A stretch of 64,000 nt of DNA from Candidatus Cloacimonadota bacterium. Lineage in GTDB: Bacteria > Cloacimonadota > Cloacimonadia > Cloacimonadales > TCS61. The stretch is taken from NCBI GenBank assembly GCA_018645365.1, contig JABGOP010000005.1, positions 440 through 64,439 on the forward strand. Reading direction: 5' to 3'. Below the pieces are notes generated by a model. That model did not search any database, was not told the DNA's origin, and saw only the letters and a program-made list of their open reading frames with translations. Of the stretch, positions 43,901 through 52,585 are shown piece after piece. Numbering within the stretch: position 1 is the stretch's first letter; each line of letters begins with the position of its first letter. The position numbers were made by a program, and so were the translations under genes.

Positions 43901-45221
43901 CATCGGAACCAGAAAGATGTAAACTTTTTGCTAAATAGTAAATAATCTCATCTGATGACAACGATATTTTTTGGCTTATTTTTAGTGCTTCACGCAAATT
44001 TTCTATCGCTAATTCGTGATTTTGCAAATGATAATAAGCCACCCCAATAGTAAGGTACAGCTCCATTCTAGAAGCATTTTTTTTGTCAATTTTGAGCATT
44101 TTCTGTTGCTCATTAAGATAGGATTCAAAATCACAGATGTTCTGTAAATATTCGGTTGAATATTTTTTTGTCGGATTGAAAAATAAACTAAAATCTGGTT
44201 GTAATGCTGGTTTTAACAGCTTGAACGCTTTCTCGAAATTATTGGTTTGTTCTTTCGCTGGCAATTCGGAAAATTGAGTTTTGGCAACATTAACATCGTT
44301 GATAAAATAGCGTTCTTCAAATTTTTGAATCAATTTGTTTTTCAATAAATTATCTAAATTTTGTTCCAGTATTTTGCTATCTAATAATTTAATTAAGTTA
44401 TTTTTTGTAGTCGAATTATCAAGCAAAAATATTGCAAATAACAATTTTTTAGAACCAACCGAAAGCTCTTCATATTTCGTTTTCACGATGCTTTTATGCG
44501 AAATTTTCTTTGCCAAAATTTGTCGCACAATCGAACTAATTTTTTTTTTGCCAACACTCCTCAAAATATTCTCAATCTGAAATAAATTTCTGTTTGTAAG
44601 TTTATTTATTATTTCACTTTCGGAAGCAAAATCCGAATTTTCTTCCGAAAAAAGTGTTTGCAAAATCTTTTTGGTATCGCGTAATTTTGGCAGCAAAATT
44701 GGGAATTGGGTAGAAAATGCAAAAATTCGTTTTGGTGAAAATACCACAAATTGCACTTTCATATTTTGTGAAAACTGGTTAAAGTAATGGATGAAATCGA
44801 TAGTATAGTTACCTAAATAATCAGCTCTATAAATCAAAATATCAACTGGAATTATCAGTTTTTCTTCCTTGATTTTTTCCGTGATAAAATAGAAAAAGTC
44901 AAAACGATTGATAAATTTGTATTTTTGAGATTCTGTGATTAATTCAAAAAATTTAGTGTCAGGAATATCAGCAACTAATTGAATAACTTCCTTGAAGTGA
45001 TTTTTCGCAAAATGAGATGGGATATAAACTTCATAATGTCGTTTTTGCTCTTTTAGTGATTTCGCAACATCTTTGCAAACATAATGCTTTCCACACCCGC
45101 TTTCACCAATTATCTCAATAATATCGTCGTTACTGGTTTCCAATTTCCGTAAAATAGTTTTGGTTAAATTTGTATCATCGGTCGCATAATTTGATAAAAT
45201 ATCGTTAATCTTTTTTTCCAT
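40977..45221 (-). CDS. giant sigma54-dependent transcriptional activator: N-terminal P-loop NTPase + long TPR array + GAF + sigma54-interaction AAA+ + Fis-type HTH
   Basis: 1414 aa. N-terminal Walker A GESGCGKH (nt 45107..45084) with a hhhhD-like ILIYRADYL. About 600 aa of TPR-like repeats (A..YNNLG..Y...G.Y..A). GAF-like block around DGGIFSLYP...GVICLFAK. AAA+ from about residue 1098 (GESGTGKE, GAFTGA at nt 41702..41685, FLDEI, RVVCATN). C-terminal NQTKAAKSLGLSRQGLIKKM. Confidence 0.85.
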   Translation of the reverse strand: MEKKINDILSNYATDDTNLTKTILRKLETSNDDIIEIIGESGCGKHYVCKDVAKSLKEQKRHYEVYIPSHFAKNHFKEVIQLVADIPDTKFFELITESQKYKFINRFDFFYFITEKIKEEKLIIPVDILIYRADYLGNYTIDFIHYFNQFSQNMKVQFVVFSPKRIFAFSTQFPILLPKLRDTKKILQTLFSEENSDFASESEIINKLTNRNLFQIENILRSVGKKKISSIVRQILAKKISHKSIVKTKYEELSVGSKKLLFAIFLLDNSTTKNNLIKLLDSKILEQNLDNLLKNKLIQKFEERYFINDVNVAKTQFSELPAKEQTNNFEKAFKLLKPALQPDFSLFFNPTKKYSTEYLQNICDFESYLNEQQKMLKIDKKNASRMELYLTIGVAYYHLQNHELAIENLREALKISQKISLSSDEIIYYLAKSLHLSGSDVFALEIIKKYTFASSDMFLKNQILLLKIEIKTDLEKNEEALKIIEEILQNLVEIKDKKLRKFIEAEAIKNKGKIYYSTDKWDKATDEFERSEEKFKEIENVEGLAAIYNNLGVLAMFRGDGASAETLMKKSLKFEKMRFNLNGVAICHSNLGYLSEEYGDYKKSLKNLSEALNIQKLLGDKYSIANIYINIGVTYMDNGEYEKAEKSLLESLRIAIKFKLYRNIIASQNNLGALYFKSGNFAEAIKFYKDAIRKSEEHNFYEGLGKSYNNLGEIYEKRGKYDLAHDFYLKGINFIDEMSDEILKAELKGNIGSALTKLHKFEEAYPYLVESLDFFKKLNAKDKIIEGLQKQSLYFIYTRNFESANYYLKSALSLSEEMENTFQIGKCYYLKSFLEHSDVEKALEYLRIASEAFSETKNSFELTLANFEYASLLLGNNEWEEALEILSDNQKIISQFDAINVLEKNEALIHVIEKKYATELKESKTQESLLNEFYDITNELNKISDFDLLLETALKKMVDFAKADGGIFSLYPNSKVKNLWEYLILENFSNFDNSFSELMNIVEATFTKNEKQNEKQPHFAPEFKNIISFPLTVRNEKKGVICLFAKTRVHYFTEKMINLISALCNQVIVIVENIFYENLQKSQNLIRAELESTNSFSNIIGKSENIQKIFDMIDKVKNSSTTILLEGESGTGKELVARAIHFKSERKDKSFVAQYCGALPETLLESELFGHVKGAFTGATHNKKGLFEVANGGTFFLDEIADISLSIQAKLLRFLQEGEIKPVGSTQIKKVDVRVVCATNVSLKEKVERGEFRLDLYYRLNVIKFEVPSLRERISDIPLLAVHFLDKYNAKMKRNISGITAEAMKYLENYDWPGNIRQLENEIERAVTLSDENSSIKYSDLSEEVLHYYANKETTKILETVSLKDAIEDLERKMILDVFKSVGYNQTKAAKSLGLSRQGLIKKMQRYGIQNKLD

Positions 45222-45294
45222 TTCTACTCCTTTTCACAAAAAACAAGGTTAGAAACTTATCTATCCAATATTTGTCAACAAACTATTTTCCCAC

Positions 45295-45313
45295 TGTAAA
45301 CAAAGGTTACAAT
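45295..45313. repeat. 19-bp motif copy A TGTAAACAAAGGTTACAAT, 16 nt upstream (in minus-strand sense) of a TTGACA hexamer preceding the sigma54 activator gene
   Basis: 17/19 identical to 45467..45485. An inverted 8-mer ATTGTAAC lies at 45383..45390. Confidence 0.6.
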
Positions 45314-45466
45314 CAAAAAAAAACATTTATCACAACAACACCATAACTATCTGTGCTTAAATCAGTTACCCACAAAACACACATTGTAACTCACCCATCA
45401 TAAAATGAATTTTATTTTTAATCCACAATAACAATAGACAAAAATAAATTCTCTTTTGTCGTAATA

Positions 45467-45485
45467 TGTGAACAAAGTTTACAAT
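45467..45485. repeat. 19-bp motif copy B TGTGAACAAAGTTTACAAT, immediately downstream of the alaS stop
   Basis: 17/19 identical to copy A. Confidence 0.6.
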
Positions 45486-45489
45486 ATTA

Positions 45490-48090
45490 TTACGATTCTT
45501 GAATAATTTTTTGAATTGAGTTTAATGCTTCATCAATTTTTGAAATATCTTTTCCGCCTGCCATTGCCATATCTGGCCTACCACCACCATTTCCATCTAC
45601 CATTTTGGCTAATTTGCCCACAATTTCGCCAGCTTTAAATTTGTTATGCAAATCTTTTGTAACGACAACTAAAATCGAGACTTTACCATTATTTTCGGCA
45701 AATAATATCCCAATTCCACTTTCAATTTTATTTTTGAGTTGATCACCTAATTGTCGCATCATCTTGGGATTTTCAAGATTAATTTTTCCAGAAATAACTT
45801 TAACTCCGTCAATTATTTGGGCAGTTTGTAGCAAGCCATCTAACACATTTCCAGCAGATTTCATTTTTGTTTTTTTCAACTCGTTTGTTAGTTCTTTATT
45901 TTCAGAAATTAATGATTGAATCTTTTTCTCAACAGAATCAGATTTAACATTCAAAGTTTGTTCAATATTTATAATTTTGTCTGCTAAATTCTGGAAATAA
46001 TTCTCGCTAAATTCCCCTGTAATTGCTTCGATTCGTCGAATTCCAGCAGCAATTGAAGATTCAGATAAAATCTTCAAAAAACCGATTTCACCCGTAAATT
46101 TCAGATGAATCCCACCGCATAATTCTTTTGAATAATCACCGATTGAAACGACACGTACTTTATTATCGTATTTCTCACCAAAAAGAGCAATTGCGCCACT
46201 TTTTTTCGCCGTTTCGACAGACATAATTTCTGTTGATACTGGTAAATTTTCTCTGATTTTTGCATTCATTTTTCTTTCAATAATTTGCAACTCATTTTGA
46301 GAAATTTGCTTGAAGTTTGTGAAATCAAAACGAAGGTGTTCCGCACGAACAAACGAGCCTTTTTGGTTAATGTGCTCACCCAAAACATCTTTCAATACTT
46401 GATGTAAAAGATGAGTTGCCGTGTGATTTCTGGCAATATTTTTACGATAATCTTCATCAATTTCCGCCACGCATTTTTTATCGTTCAGCAAACCAGAAAT
46501 TAATTCCCCAAAATGGAACATAATTCCATTTTCTTTTTGCACATCAATAATTTTCACCTCAAAATCATCGTTGGAAATTTTGCCAATATCGGCTATTTGC
46601 CCACCAGCCTCAGCATAAAATGGTGTTTTATCCAAAGCTAAAATTATATTTTTATTTTCAACAAAACTATATCGTATTCGTGATTCTGATTGCGTTTTTT
46701 CGTAACCAACAAATTCCGTTTTTACCAAATTATCAACTTTTAATTTAGAAATTAAAGATTCAGTCATTCTAAATTTTCCAGCTTTTTGAGCACGCTCTTT
46801 CTGTTTTTGCATCTCTTTTTTAAAATCAATTTCATTCACGGTGAGATTTTTTTCAATAGCGAGAATTTGAGTTAAATCAAATGGAAATCCAAAGGTATCG
46901 TAAAGTGTAAATGCATCTTTTCCTGAAATTTGTGAACTTTTCAAATTATTTACAATTGTTGCAAATTTTTCGAGACCCTTATTCAAGGTGAGGTGAAAAC
47001 GCTCTTCTTCTGCTTTAACAATCATTTTAATATATTCTTTTTTCTCTGGTAATGCGGAAAAATGCTCGCCCATAATTTGCACGACCACGTCAACCAGTTT
47101 GAATAAAAATGGCTTTTCTAAATTTAGCAATTTCCCAAAACGAACCGCACGACGCAAAATGCGACGCAAAACATAACCTCGTCCTTCATTTGAAGGCATT
47201 CCGCCATCTGCCAGAGCAAAAGTTAACGCACGAATATGGTCAGCAATAACGCGATGTGGTGTACCACTTTCATTAGTTACATATGGCTTTTGTGCAAGTT
47301 CCGCAATTTTTGTGATGATTGGCATAAAAAGGTCTGTTTCGTAATTTGAAGTTTTATTTTGCAAAACTTGACACAATCTTTCAAAACCAGCACCAGTATC
47401 CACAAATTTTTGAGAAAGTGGCGATAACTTTCCACTTTCATCACGATTAAATTGGACAAAAACAAGATTCCACAATTCGATGTAACGATGGCAATCGCCA
47501 TTCACTTTACATTCGTGATTTCGGTCATTTTGAAGGTGACAAAACTCCACTCCACGGTCAAAATGAATTTCAGAACAAGGTCCGCAAGGTCCAGTCTCCC
47601 CCATCTCCCAAAAATTATCTTTATCTCCGTGATATTCTATGTGTGAATTTTCAATATCAGTTTCATTTTGCCAAATTTGAAAAGATTCTTCGTCCGATTT
47701 ATGCACCGTTGCATAAAGTTTGTTTTGGGAAATTCCCCAAATTTCTGTCAAAAGTTCCCAACTCCAAACTATCGCTTCTTTTTTATAGAAATCTCCGAAA
47801 CTCCAATTTCCAAGCATTTCAAAAAATGTGTGATGATAACCGTCTTTGCCAACTTCATCAAGATCGTTGTGTTTACCACCGGCACGAATGCATTTTTGGG
47901 AATTTACGACACGTGAAAATTCAGCTTTTTTCTGCCCCAAAAATATATCTTTAAACTGATTCATGCCAGCATTAGTGAAAAGTAAAGTTGGGTCATCAGT
48001 TGGCACAACCGATGAAGATTCTACAAACTGGTGTTTCTTATTTTTGAAAAAATCGATAAATTGCTGTCTTGTTTTGCTACTTTCGAACAT
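45490..48090 (-). CDS. alaS: alanyl-tRNA synthetase
   Basis: 866 aa. FTNAGMNQFK, editing-domain HTATHLL, C-terminal DHHA1-like GGGRPDMA. Confidence 0.95.
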   Translation of the reverse strand: MFESSKTRQQFIDFFKNKKHQFVESSSVVPTDDPTLLFTNAGMNQFKDIFLGQKKAEFSRVVNSQKCIRAGGKHNDLDEVGKDGYHHTFFEMLGNWSFGDFYKKEAIVWSWELLTEIWGISQNKLYATVHKSDEESFQIWQNETDIENSHIEYHGDKDNFWEMGETGPCGPCSEIHFDRGVEFCHLQNDRNHECKVNGDCHRYIELWNLVFVQFNRDESGKLSPLSQKFVDTGAGFERLCQVLQNKTSNYETDLFMPIITKIAELAQKPYVTNESGTPHRVIADHIRALTFALADGGMPSNEGRGYVLRRILRRAVRFGKLLNLEKPFLFKLVDVVVQIMGEHFSALPEKKEYIKMIVKAEEERFHLTLNKGLEKFATIVNNLKSSQISGKDAFTLYDTFGFPFDLTQILAIEKNLTVNEIDFKKEMQKQKERAQKAGKFRMTESLISKLKVDNLVKTEFVGYEKTQSESRIRYSFVENKNIILALDKTPFYAEAGGQIADIGKISNDDFEVKIIDVQKENGIMFHFGELISGLLNDKKCVAEIDEDYRKNIARNHTATHLLHQVLKDVLGEHINQKGSFVRAEHLRFDFTNFKQISQNELQIIERKMNAKIRENLPVSTEIMSVETAKKSGAIALFGEKYDNKVRVVSIGDYSKELCGGIHLKFTGEIGFLKILSESSIAAGIRRIEAITGEFSENYFQNLADKIINIEQTLNVKSDSVEKKIQSLISENKELTNELKKTKMKSAGNVLDGLLQTAQIIDGVKVISGKINLENPKMMRQLGDQLKNKIESGIGILFAENNGKVSILVVVTKDLHNKFKAGEIVGKLAKMVDGNGGGRPDMAMAGGKDISKIDEALNSIQKIIQES

Positions 48091-48164
48091 ATTTTATTCC
48101 TTTTTACTTACTTAAATTAATCTAAGTGTAATAATTTAGAATGGAACTTTTCTGTAAATAAAAA

Positions 48165-48194
48165 ATATTAAAAAAGGCAAACCGAAGTTTGCCT
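48165..48194 (-). terminator. rho-independent terminator after the small beta-barrel gene
   Basis: Minus-strand reading: AGGCAAAC-TTCG-GTTTGCCT followed by TTTTTT. Confidence 0.7.
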
Positions 48195-48211
48195 TATCCT
48201 AATTTTTCAGT

Positions 48212-48715
48212 TTAGAAATAGTAGTGAATTCCACCTTGTGGAATGTACATAAAAATATTAAATTTATCCTCATCAAATGATAAAACAATTGGCCAGTCAA
48301 ACGAAAATTTAAAGTTTGGATTATTTGGTAAAATTTGCCATTCAATACCAATTCCCAAGCCTGTATTGAAAATTACATCAAATTCTTGCGTTTTACTCAC
48401 ATCATCATCATAATAATAATAATCGTCCTCATAATAACTAAAATACGAAGATACTCCAGTTAAAACATAAAATTTTGTGCGATTACCCGTGTGGAGTGGT
48501 TTAATATATTCAAAACCTACACTTCCAAAATAATCTTCATCTGACATTGTTATACCAAAAGTTACTTGGAAACCATAATTGTCGTTCATTTGACGATATG
48601 CGAATCCGCTCCCAGAAATCATGCCACCCGCAAAGCCTAAACTGTGCTTAAAATCTGTTGCTGATAAACCAACCACAAACAAAATTACCGCAATTATCAA
48701 AATTGTCTTTTTCAT
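48212..48715 (-). CDS. small outer-membrane beta-barrel protein, unknown function
   Basis: 167 aa from ATG 48715 (AGGAGA RBS). Signal peptide MKKTILIIAVILFVVGLSA. Alternating Gly/aromatic strands, terminal YYF. Confidence 0.5.
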   Translation of the reverse strand: MKKTILIIAVILFVVGLSATDFKHSLGFAGGMISGSGFAYRQMNDNYGFQVTFGITMSDEDYFGSVGFEYIKPLHTGNRTKFYVLTGVSSYFSYYEDDYYYYDDDVSKTQEFDVIFNTGLGIGIEWQILPNNPNFKFSFDWPIVLSFDEDKFNIFMYIPQGGIHYYF

Positions 48716-48784
48716 TTTATTCTCCTTAATCACTTATGTTGGTCATAATTAAAGAGAGAACAAAAAATGTCAAATAAAACAAAT

Positions 48785-48811
48785 TTAGCAGTCGAAACAG
48801 ATGAGTGCTAA
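48785..48811 (+). promoter_or_regulatory. CIRCE operator copy 1 (TTAGCAGTC-N9-GAGTGCTAA)
   Basis: Matches the CIRCE consensus TTAGCACTC-N9-GAGTGCTAA at 17/18 positions. Lies just upstream of a TTGACA hexamer (48820..48825). Confidence 0.85.
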
Positions 48812-48854
48812 AAAATAGTTTGACAACTTTTACATTAAAATTAAATTGTCGTTA

Positions 48855-48881
48855 TTAGCAGTCAGACAAAAAGATTGCTAA
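48855..48881 (+). promoter_or_regulatory. CIRCE operator copy 2 (TTAGCAGTC-N9-GATTGCTAA)
   Basis: 16/18 match to the CIRCE consensus. Lies between the putative promoter and the hrcA RBS. Confidence 0.75.
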
Positions 48882-48897
48882 AAAATTTGGAGGTAAC

Positions 48898-49935
48898 ATG
48901 AAGAAAAATGAACTTAGGCAACAACAGGTTTTAGTCCACCTCGTTGAAGAATTTGTGCAAACAGCAAAACCAATTTCTTCAAAAACTATTTGTCAAAAAT
49001 ACCTTCAAAATGCAAGTCCAGCAACGATTAGAATAGATTTAAATAAATTGGAAAAATTAAATTTCATCTACCAATCTCATACTTCCGCTGGCAGAATGCC
49101 CACCATTCAGGGCTATCGTAAATATCTCGAATTAATTAACATTTCACAATATGACAAAGTTAACTTTTTACGCGAAATGTTAGTGAATTACCATAAGGAT
49201 ATTCCGCTTGCTCTTCATTATGTGATGCAACTCCTCGCGAATGAAACCGACCAACTCAGTTTTGTAGCTGAACCGGAAATTGCCTATGGACACCTCAATA
49301 AACTTGATGTTTTCAAGATTGCTGATGAAAAATTACTTTTTGTGGTCAGTTTGGATTCTGGAATTGATAAAACAGTTATTTTGAAATGTGGTAATAAAAT
49401 TTCATCTCAACAGCTAAAAACAATTGTTCGCTATGTGAATGAAGAACTTATGGGTTTAAAAATTTACGATATTCAAAATAAATATTTGGAAGATTTAGCT
49501 GAAAAAGTTACGGAAGAAAATAAACTTTTGAAACTTTTTCTTACAGAATTACAGAAAGCATTTACTGAAATTAGTAGTTATTATATCCATTTTGATGGAA
49601 ATATTAGTTTTTTGGAACAACCAGAATTTAATGAGAAATCTGCAATTTTAACTTTTCTGAATTTTATTCAAAGGCAGGATCATCTTGTAAATTTGATGCA
49701 AAATGTAAAAACTGAAAAAGATTATTATTTGTTAATGGGCGAGGACTTGGGGCAACCTGAACTTCATGGTTACACTTTAATTTTTGCTAAATACGAAATT
49801 TTTGGCGTACCGGGATTTTTGGGAATTGTGGGATCAAACAGAATGGATTATAAAAAAAATATCACAATTATTCGCGATGTAGCTAAAACAATTACGGAAA
49901 CCACTCAAAAAGGAATGGTTTCTATTATAAAGTAG
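48898..49935 (+). CDS. hrcA: heat-inducible transcription repressor HrcA
   Basis: 345 aa. N-terminal winged helix (RQQQVLVHLVEEFVQTAKPISSKTI); first gene of the hrcA-grpE-dnaK-dnaJ operon behind the CIRCE sites. Confidence 0.9.
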   Translation: MKKNELRQQQVLVHLVEEFVQTAKPISSKTICQKYLQNASPATIRIDLNKLEKLNFIYQSHTSAGRMPTIQGYRKYLELINISQYDKVNFLREMLVNYHKDIPLALHYVMQLLANETDQLSFVAEPEIAYGHLNKLDVFKIADEKLLFVVSLDSGIDKTVILKCGNKISSQQLKTIVRYVNEELMGLKIYDIQNKYLEDLAEKVTEENKLLKLFLTELQKAFTEISSYYIHFDGNISFLEQPEFNEKSAILTFLNFIQRQDHLVNLMQNVKTEKDYYLLMGEDLGQPELHGYTLIFAKYEIFGVPGFLGIVGSNRMDYKKNITIIRDVAKTITETTQKGMVSIIK

Positions 49936-49942
49936 AGGTAAA

Positions 49943-50530
49943 ATGACAACAAAGAAAACAGAAGAAAACACAGACAAAAAAGTTGAGAAAAAGGTTAAAG
50001 AAGTAGCTCCTAAAAAGCCAAAAAAATTAACTAAAAAAGAACAAATTGAAAATCTTTGGCAAGAAAATGCAGAGTTGAAAGATAAGTGGGTACGAGTTGC
50101 AGCTGAATTTGAAAACTTCAGAAGACGCTCTACTGAAGAAAAATCAACATGGATAAAAAATGCCACCGAACGATTAGTTTTGGAAGTTTGTGATGTTTTA
50201 GATAATTTTGAACGCGCACTTCATCCCGAACTCGAAAAAACAGAAATGGAAGCATTTCAAAAAGGAATAGAGCTAATTTATCAACAATTAGACAATATTA
50301 TCAAGAAAGAAGGTGTGGAGAAGATTGATACAAACGAGCAATTGTTCGACCCAAACGTACACGAAGCATTAGCTCATATACCTTCCGAACTTGAAGAAAA
50401 TAAAATAGTAGCCGTCATTCAAAATGGCTACAAGATGAACAAAAAGGTTATCAGACCTGCTCGCGTTGCAGTTTCTAATGGTATAAAACCGGAAGCAGAA
50501 GCAACAACTAAAATCGAAAAAAATAATTAA
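49943..50530 (+). CDS. grpE: nucleotide exchange factor GrpE
   Basis: 195 aa. [28 protein letters not shown]. Confidence 0.9.
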   Translation: MTTKKTEENTDKKVEKKVKEVAPKKPKKLTKKEQIENLWQENAELKDKWVRVAAEFENFRRRSTEEKSTWIKNATERLVLEVCDVLDNFERALHPELEKTEMEAFQKGIELIYQQLDNIIKKEGVEKIDTNEQLFDPNVHEALAHIPSELEENKIVAVIQNGYKMNKKVIRPARVAVSNGIKPEAEATTKIEKNN

Positions 50531-50546
50531 AAAAAGGAGATTTATT

Positions 50547-52523
50547 ATGGGAAAAATTATCGGAATTGACCTCGGTACAACAAATTCATGCGTAAGCGTG
50601 ATGGAAGGTGGAAAAGCTACTGTTATCCAAAATGCAGAAGGAACTAGAACAACACCATCAGTGGTGGCATTCACAAAAGACAAAGAAAGATTAGTTGGAC
50701 AAATTGCTAAAAGACAAGCAGTAACAAATCCAAAAAACACGGTTTCATCAATCAAAAGATTTATGGGAAGACAACTCAATGAAGTTAGCTCTGAAATGAA
50801 GAGCGTCAACTATCAAATTAAAGGTGGAAAAGCAGGTGAAGCTGCAGTTCACATCGATGTGGAAAACAAAGATTTCACACCACAAGAAATTTCGGCAATG
50901 GTGCTTACAAAAATGAAAGAAACAGCAGAAGCTCATCTCGGACAAAAAATTACCGAAGCAGTAGTTACAGTTCCAGCTTATTTCAATGATGCTCAAAGAC
51001 AAGCAACAAAAGATGCCGGAAAAGTAGCTGGGCTTGAGGTGAAAAGAATTATCAATGAACCAACAGCAGCCGCACTTGCTTATGGTTTGGAAAGCAAAAA
51101 AGAAGAAAAAATTGCAGTTTATGACCTTGGTGGTGGAACTTTTGACATCTCTATCCTCGAAGTTGCGGAAGGCGTTGTAGAAGTGCTTTCCACAAACGGT
51201 GACACACATCTCGGCGGTGATGATTTTGATAAAATCATTATGGATTGGATTCTTGCTGAATTTAAAAAACAAGAAGGTGTGGATATTTCACACGATCCAA
51301 TGGCTCTTCAACGCATTAAAGAAGCAGCTGAAAAAGCTAAAATTGAACTTTCTGGAACTCAAACCACAAACATAAACATGCCTTTTATCACTGCTGATGC
51401 GAATGGTCCGAAACACCTTAACCTCAACCTTTCATTAGCAGAATTCAATAAAATGACTGCTGAACTTGTAACGCGTTCCATCGAACCTTGCAAAAAAGCG
51501 ATTAAAGATGCTAAATTAAACATTAGTGAAATTGATGAAATTCTTCTCGTTGGTGGAAGTACACGTATTCCAGCTGTGGAAGAAGCAGTAGAAAAATTCT
51601 TTGGTAAAAAAGTTAATAAAAGTGTAAATCCTGATGAAGTTGTTTCTATCGGAGCAGCTATTCAAGGTGGAATCCTTGCAGGTGATGAAAGTTTGAATGA
51701 CATTCTACTTCTCGATGTAACTCCGCTTTCACTCGGTATCGAAACTCTTGGTAGCGTAATGACAAGTCTCATCGAAAGAAACACAACAATTCCAACAAAA
51801 AAGAGCCAAGTTTTTAGTACAGCTGCAGATAATCAGCCTGCTGTTTCGATTCATGTTTTGCAAGGTGAACGCTCTATGGCATCTGATAATCGCACGCTTG
51901 GTCGTTTTGATTTGACCGATATTCCAGCTGCACCTCGCGGTATGCCACAAATCGAAGTTACTTTTGACATTGATGCAAACGGCATTTTACATGTTCATGC
52001 AAAAGATAAAGGAACTGGCAAAGAACAGTCAATAAAAATTGACAGAACTGGTTCATTAGATGAAGCTGAAATTGACAGAATGGTGAAAGATGCGGAAGCT
52101 CACGCTGATGAAGATAAGCAGAAAAAAGAAGCAATTACAGCTCGCAATGAACTTGACGCACTTATTTTCTCTACTGAAAAAAGTTTGACTGAATACGCTG
52201 AAAAACTTGAAGAAGCAGATAAAACAACAGTTGAGGAAGCTATCAAAGAAGCAAAAGAAAAAATGGAAAAACTTGATGCTGCGACAGCTTCAAAGGAAGA
52301 TTACGAAGCGATTCGTGATGAACTTGCCAAAAAAGCTCAGAAAATTGGTGAAATTATTTATGCGGAAATGCAGAAAGAACAAGCCGCTCAGCAAGGTGCA
52401 CCAGATATGAACGGAGCAGATTTTGATCCAAGTAAAATGGGTGAACAACAAGCTCAAGAGCCAAAAGCAGACGGTCCTGTTGATGCTGATTTTGAAGTAG
52501 TTGACGAAGAAGAAAAGAAGTAA
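50547..52523 (+). CDS. dnaK: molecular chaperone DnaK (Hsp70)
   Basis: 658 aa. [25 protein letters not shown]; near-complete Hsp70 signature set. Confidence 0.97.
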   Translation: MGKIIGIDLGTTNSCVSVMEGGKATVIQNAEGTRTTPSVVAFTKDKERLVGQIAKRQAVTNPKNTVSSIKRFMGRQLNEVSSEMKSVNYQIKGGKAGEAAVHIDVENKDFTPQEISAMVLTKMKETAEAHLGQKITEAVVTVPAYFNDAQRQATKDAGKVAGLEVKRIINEPTAAALAYGLESKKEEKIAVYDLGGGTFDISILEVAEGVVEVLSTNGDTHLGGDDFDKIIMDWILAEFKKQEGVDISHDPMALQRIKEAAEKAKIELSGTQTTNINMPFITADANGPKHLNLNLSLAEFNKMTAELVTRSIEPCKKAIKDAKLNISEIDEILLVGGSTRIPAVEEAVEKFFGKKVNKSVNPDEVVSIGAAIQGGILAGDESLNDILLLDVTPLSLGIETLGSVMTSLIERNTTIPTKKSQVFSTAADNQPAVSIHVLQGERSMASDNRTLGRFDLTDIPAAPRGMPQIEVTFDIDANGILHVHAKDKGTGKEQSIKIDRTGSLDEAEIDRMVKDAEAHADEDKQKKEAITARNELDALIFSTEKSLTEYAEKLEEADKTTVEEAIKEAKEKMEKLDAATASKEDYEAIRDELAKKAQKIGEIIYAEMQKEQAAQQGAPDMNGADFDPSKMGEQQAQEPKADGPVDADFEVVDEEEKK

Positions 52524-52533
52524 TTTATTATAA

Positions 52534-52570
52534 AATCTTGCGAAAGTTTTACTTTCGCAAGATTATTTTT
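52534..52570 (+). terminator. 14-bp perfect stem-loop plus T-tract between dnaK and dnaJ (terminator/attenuator)
   Basis: AATCTTGCGAAAGT-TTT-ACTTTCGCAAGATT followed by ATTTTT. Confidence 0.65.
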
Positions 52571-52585
52571 ATAAAAGGAATTTAA

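Noticed and set aside
45222-45489. Possible tRNA, other ncRNA or small ORF in the 268-bp gap
   Set aside because: There is no T-loop (GTTCRAnnC) or acceptor-stem pairing. The only ORF is an 11-codon ATGATGGGTGAG... frame on the minus strand with no RBS. I kept only the repeated 19-bp motif as a finding.
48091-48211. T-box or other leader upstream of alaS, and likewise the short spacer before proS at 6443..6453
   Set aside because: The spacers are far shorter than a T-box leader, and the alaS spacer is mostly occupied by the terminator of the upstream gene. No specifier or T-box sequence is seen.
50748-51272. 174-aa ORF antisense to dnaK
   Set aside because: Long antisense frames inside hsp70 genes are a well-known compositional artefact. 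There is no RBS and no independent support.
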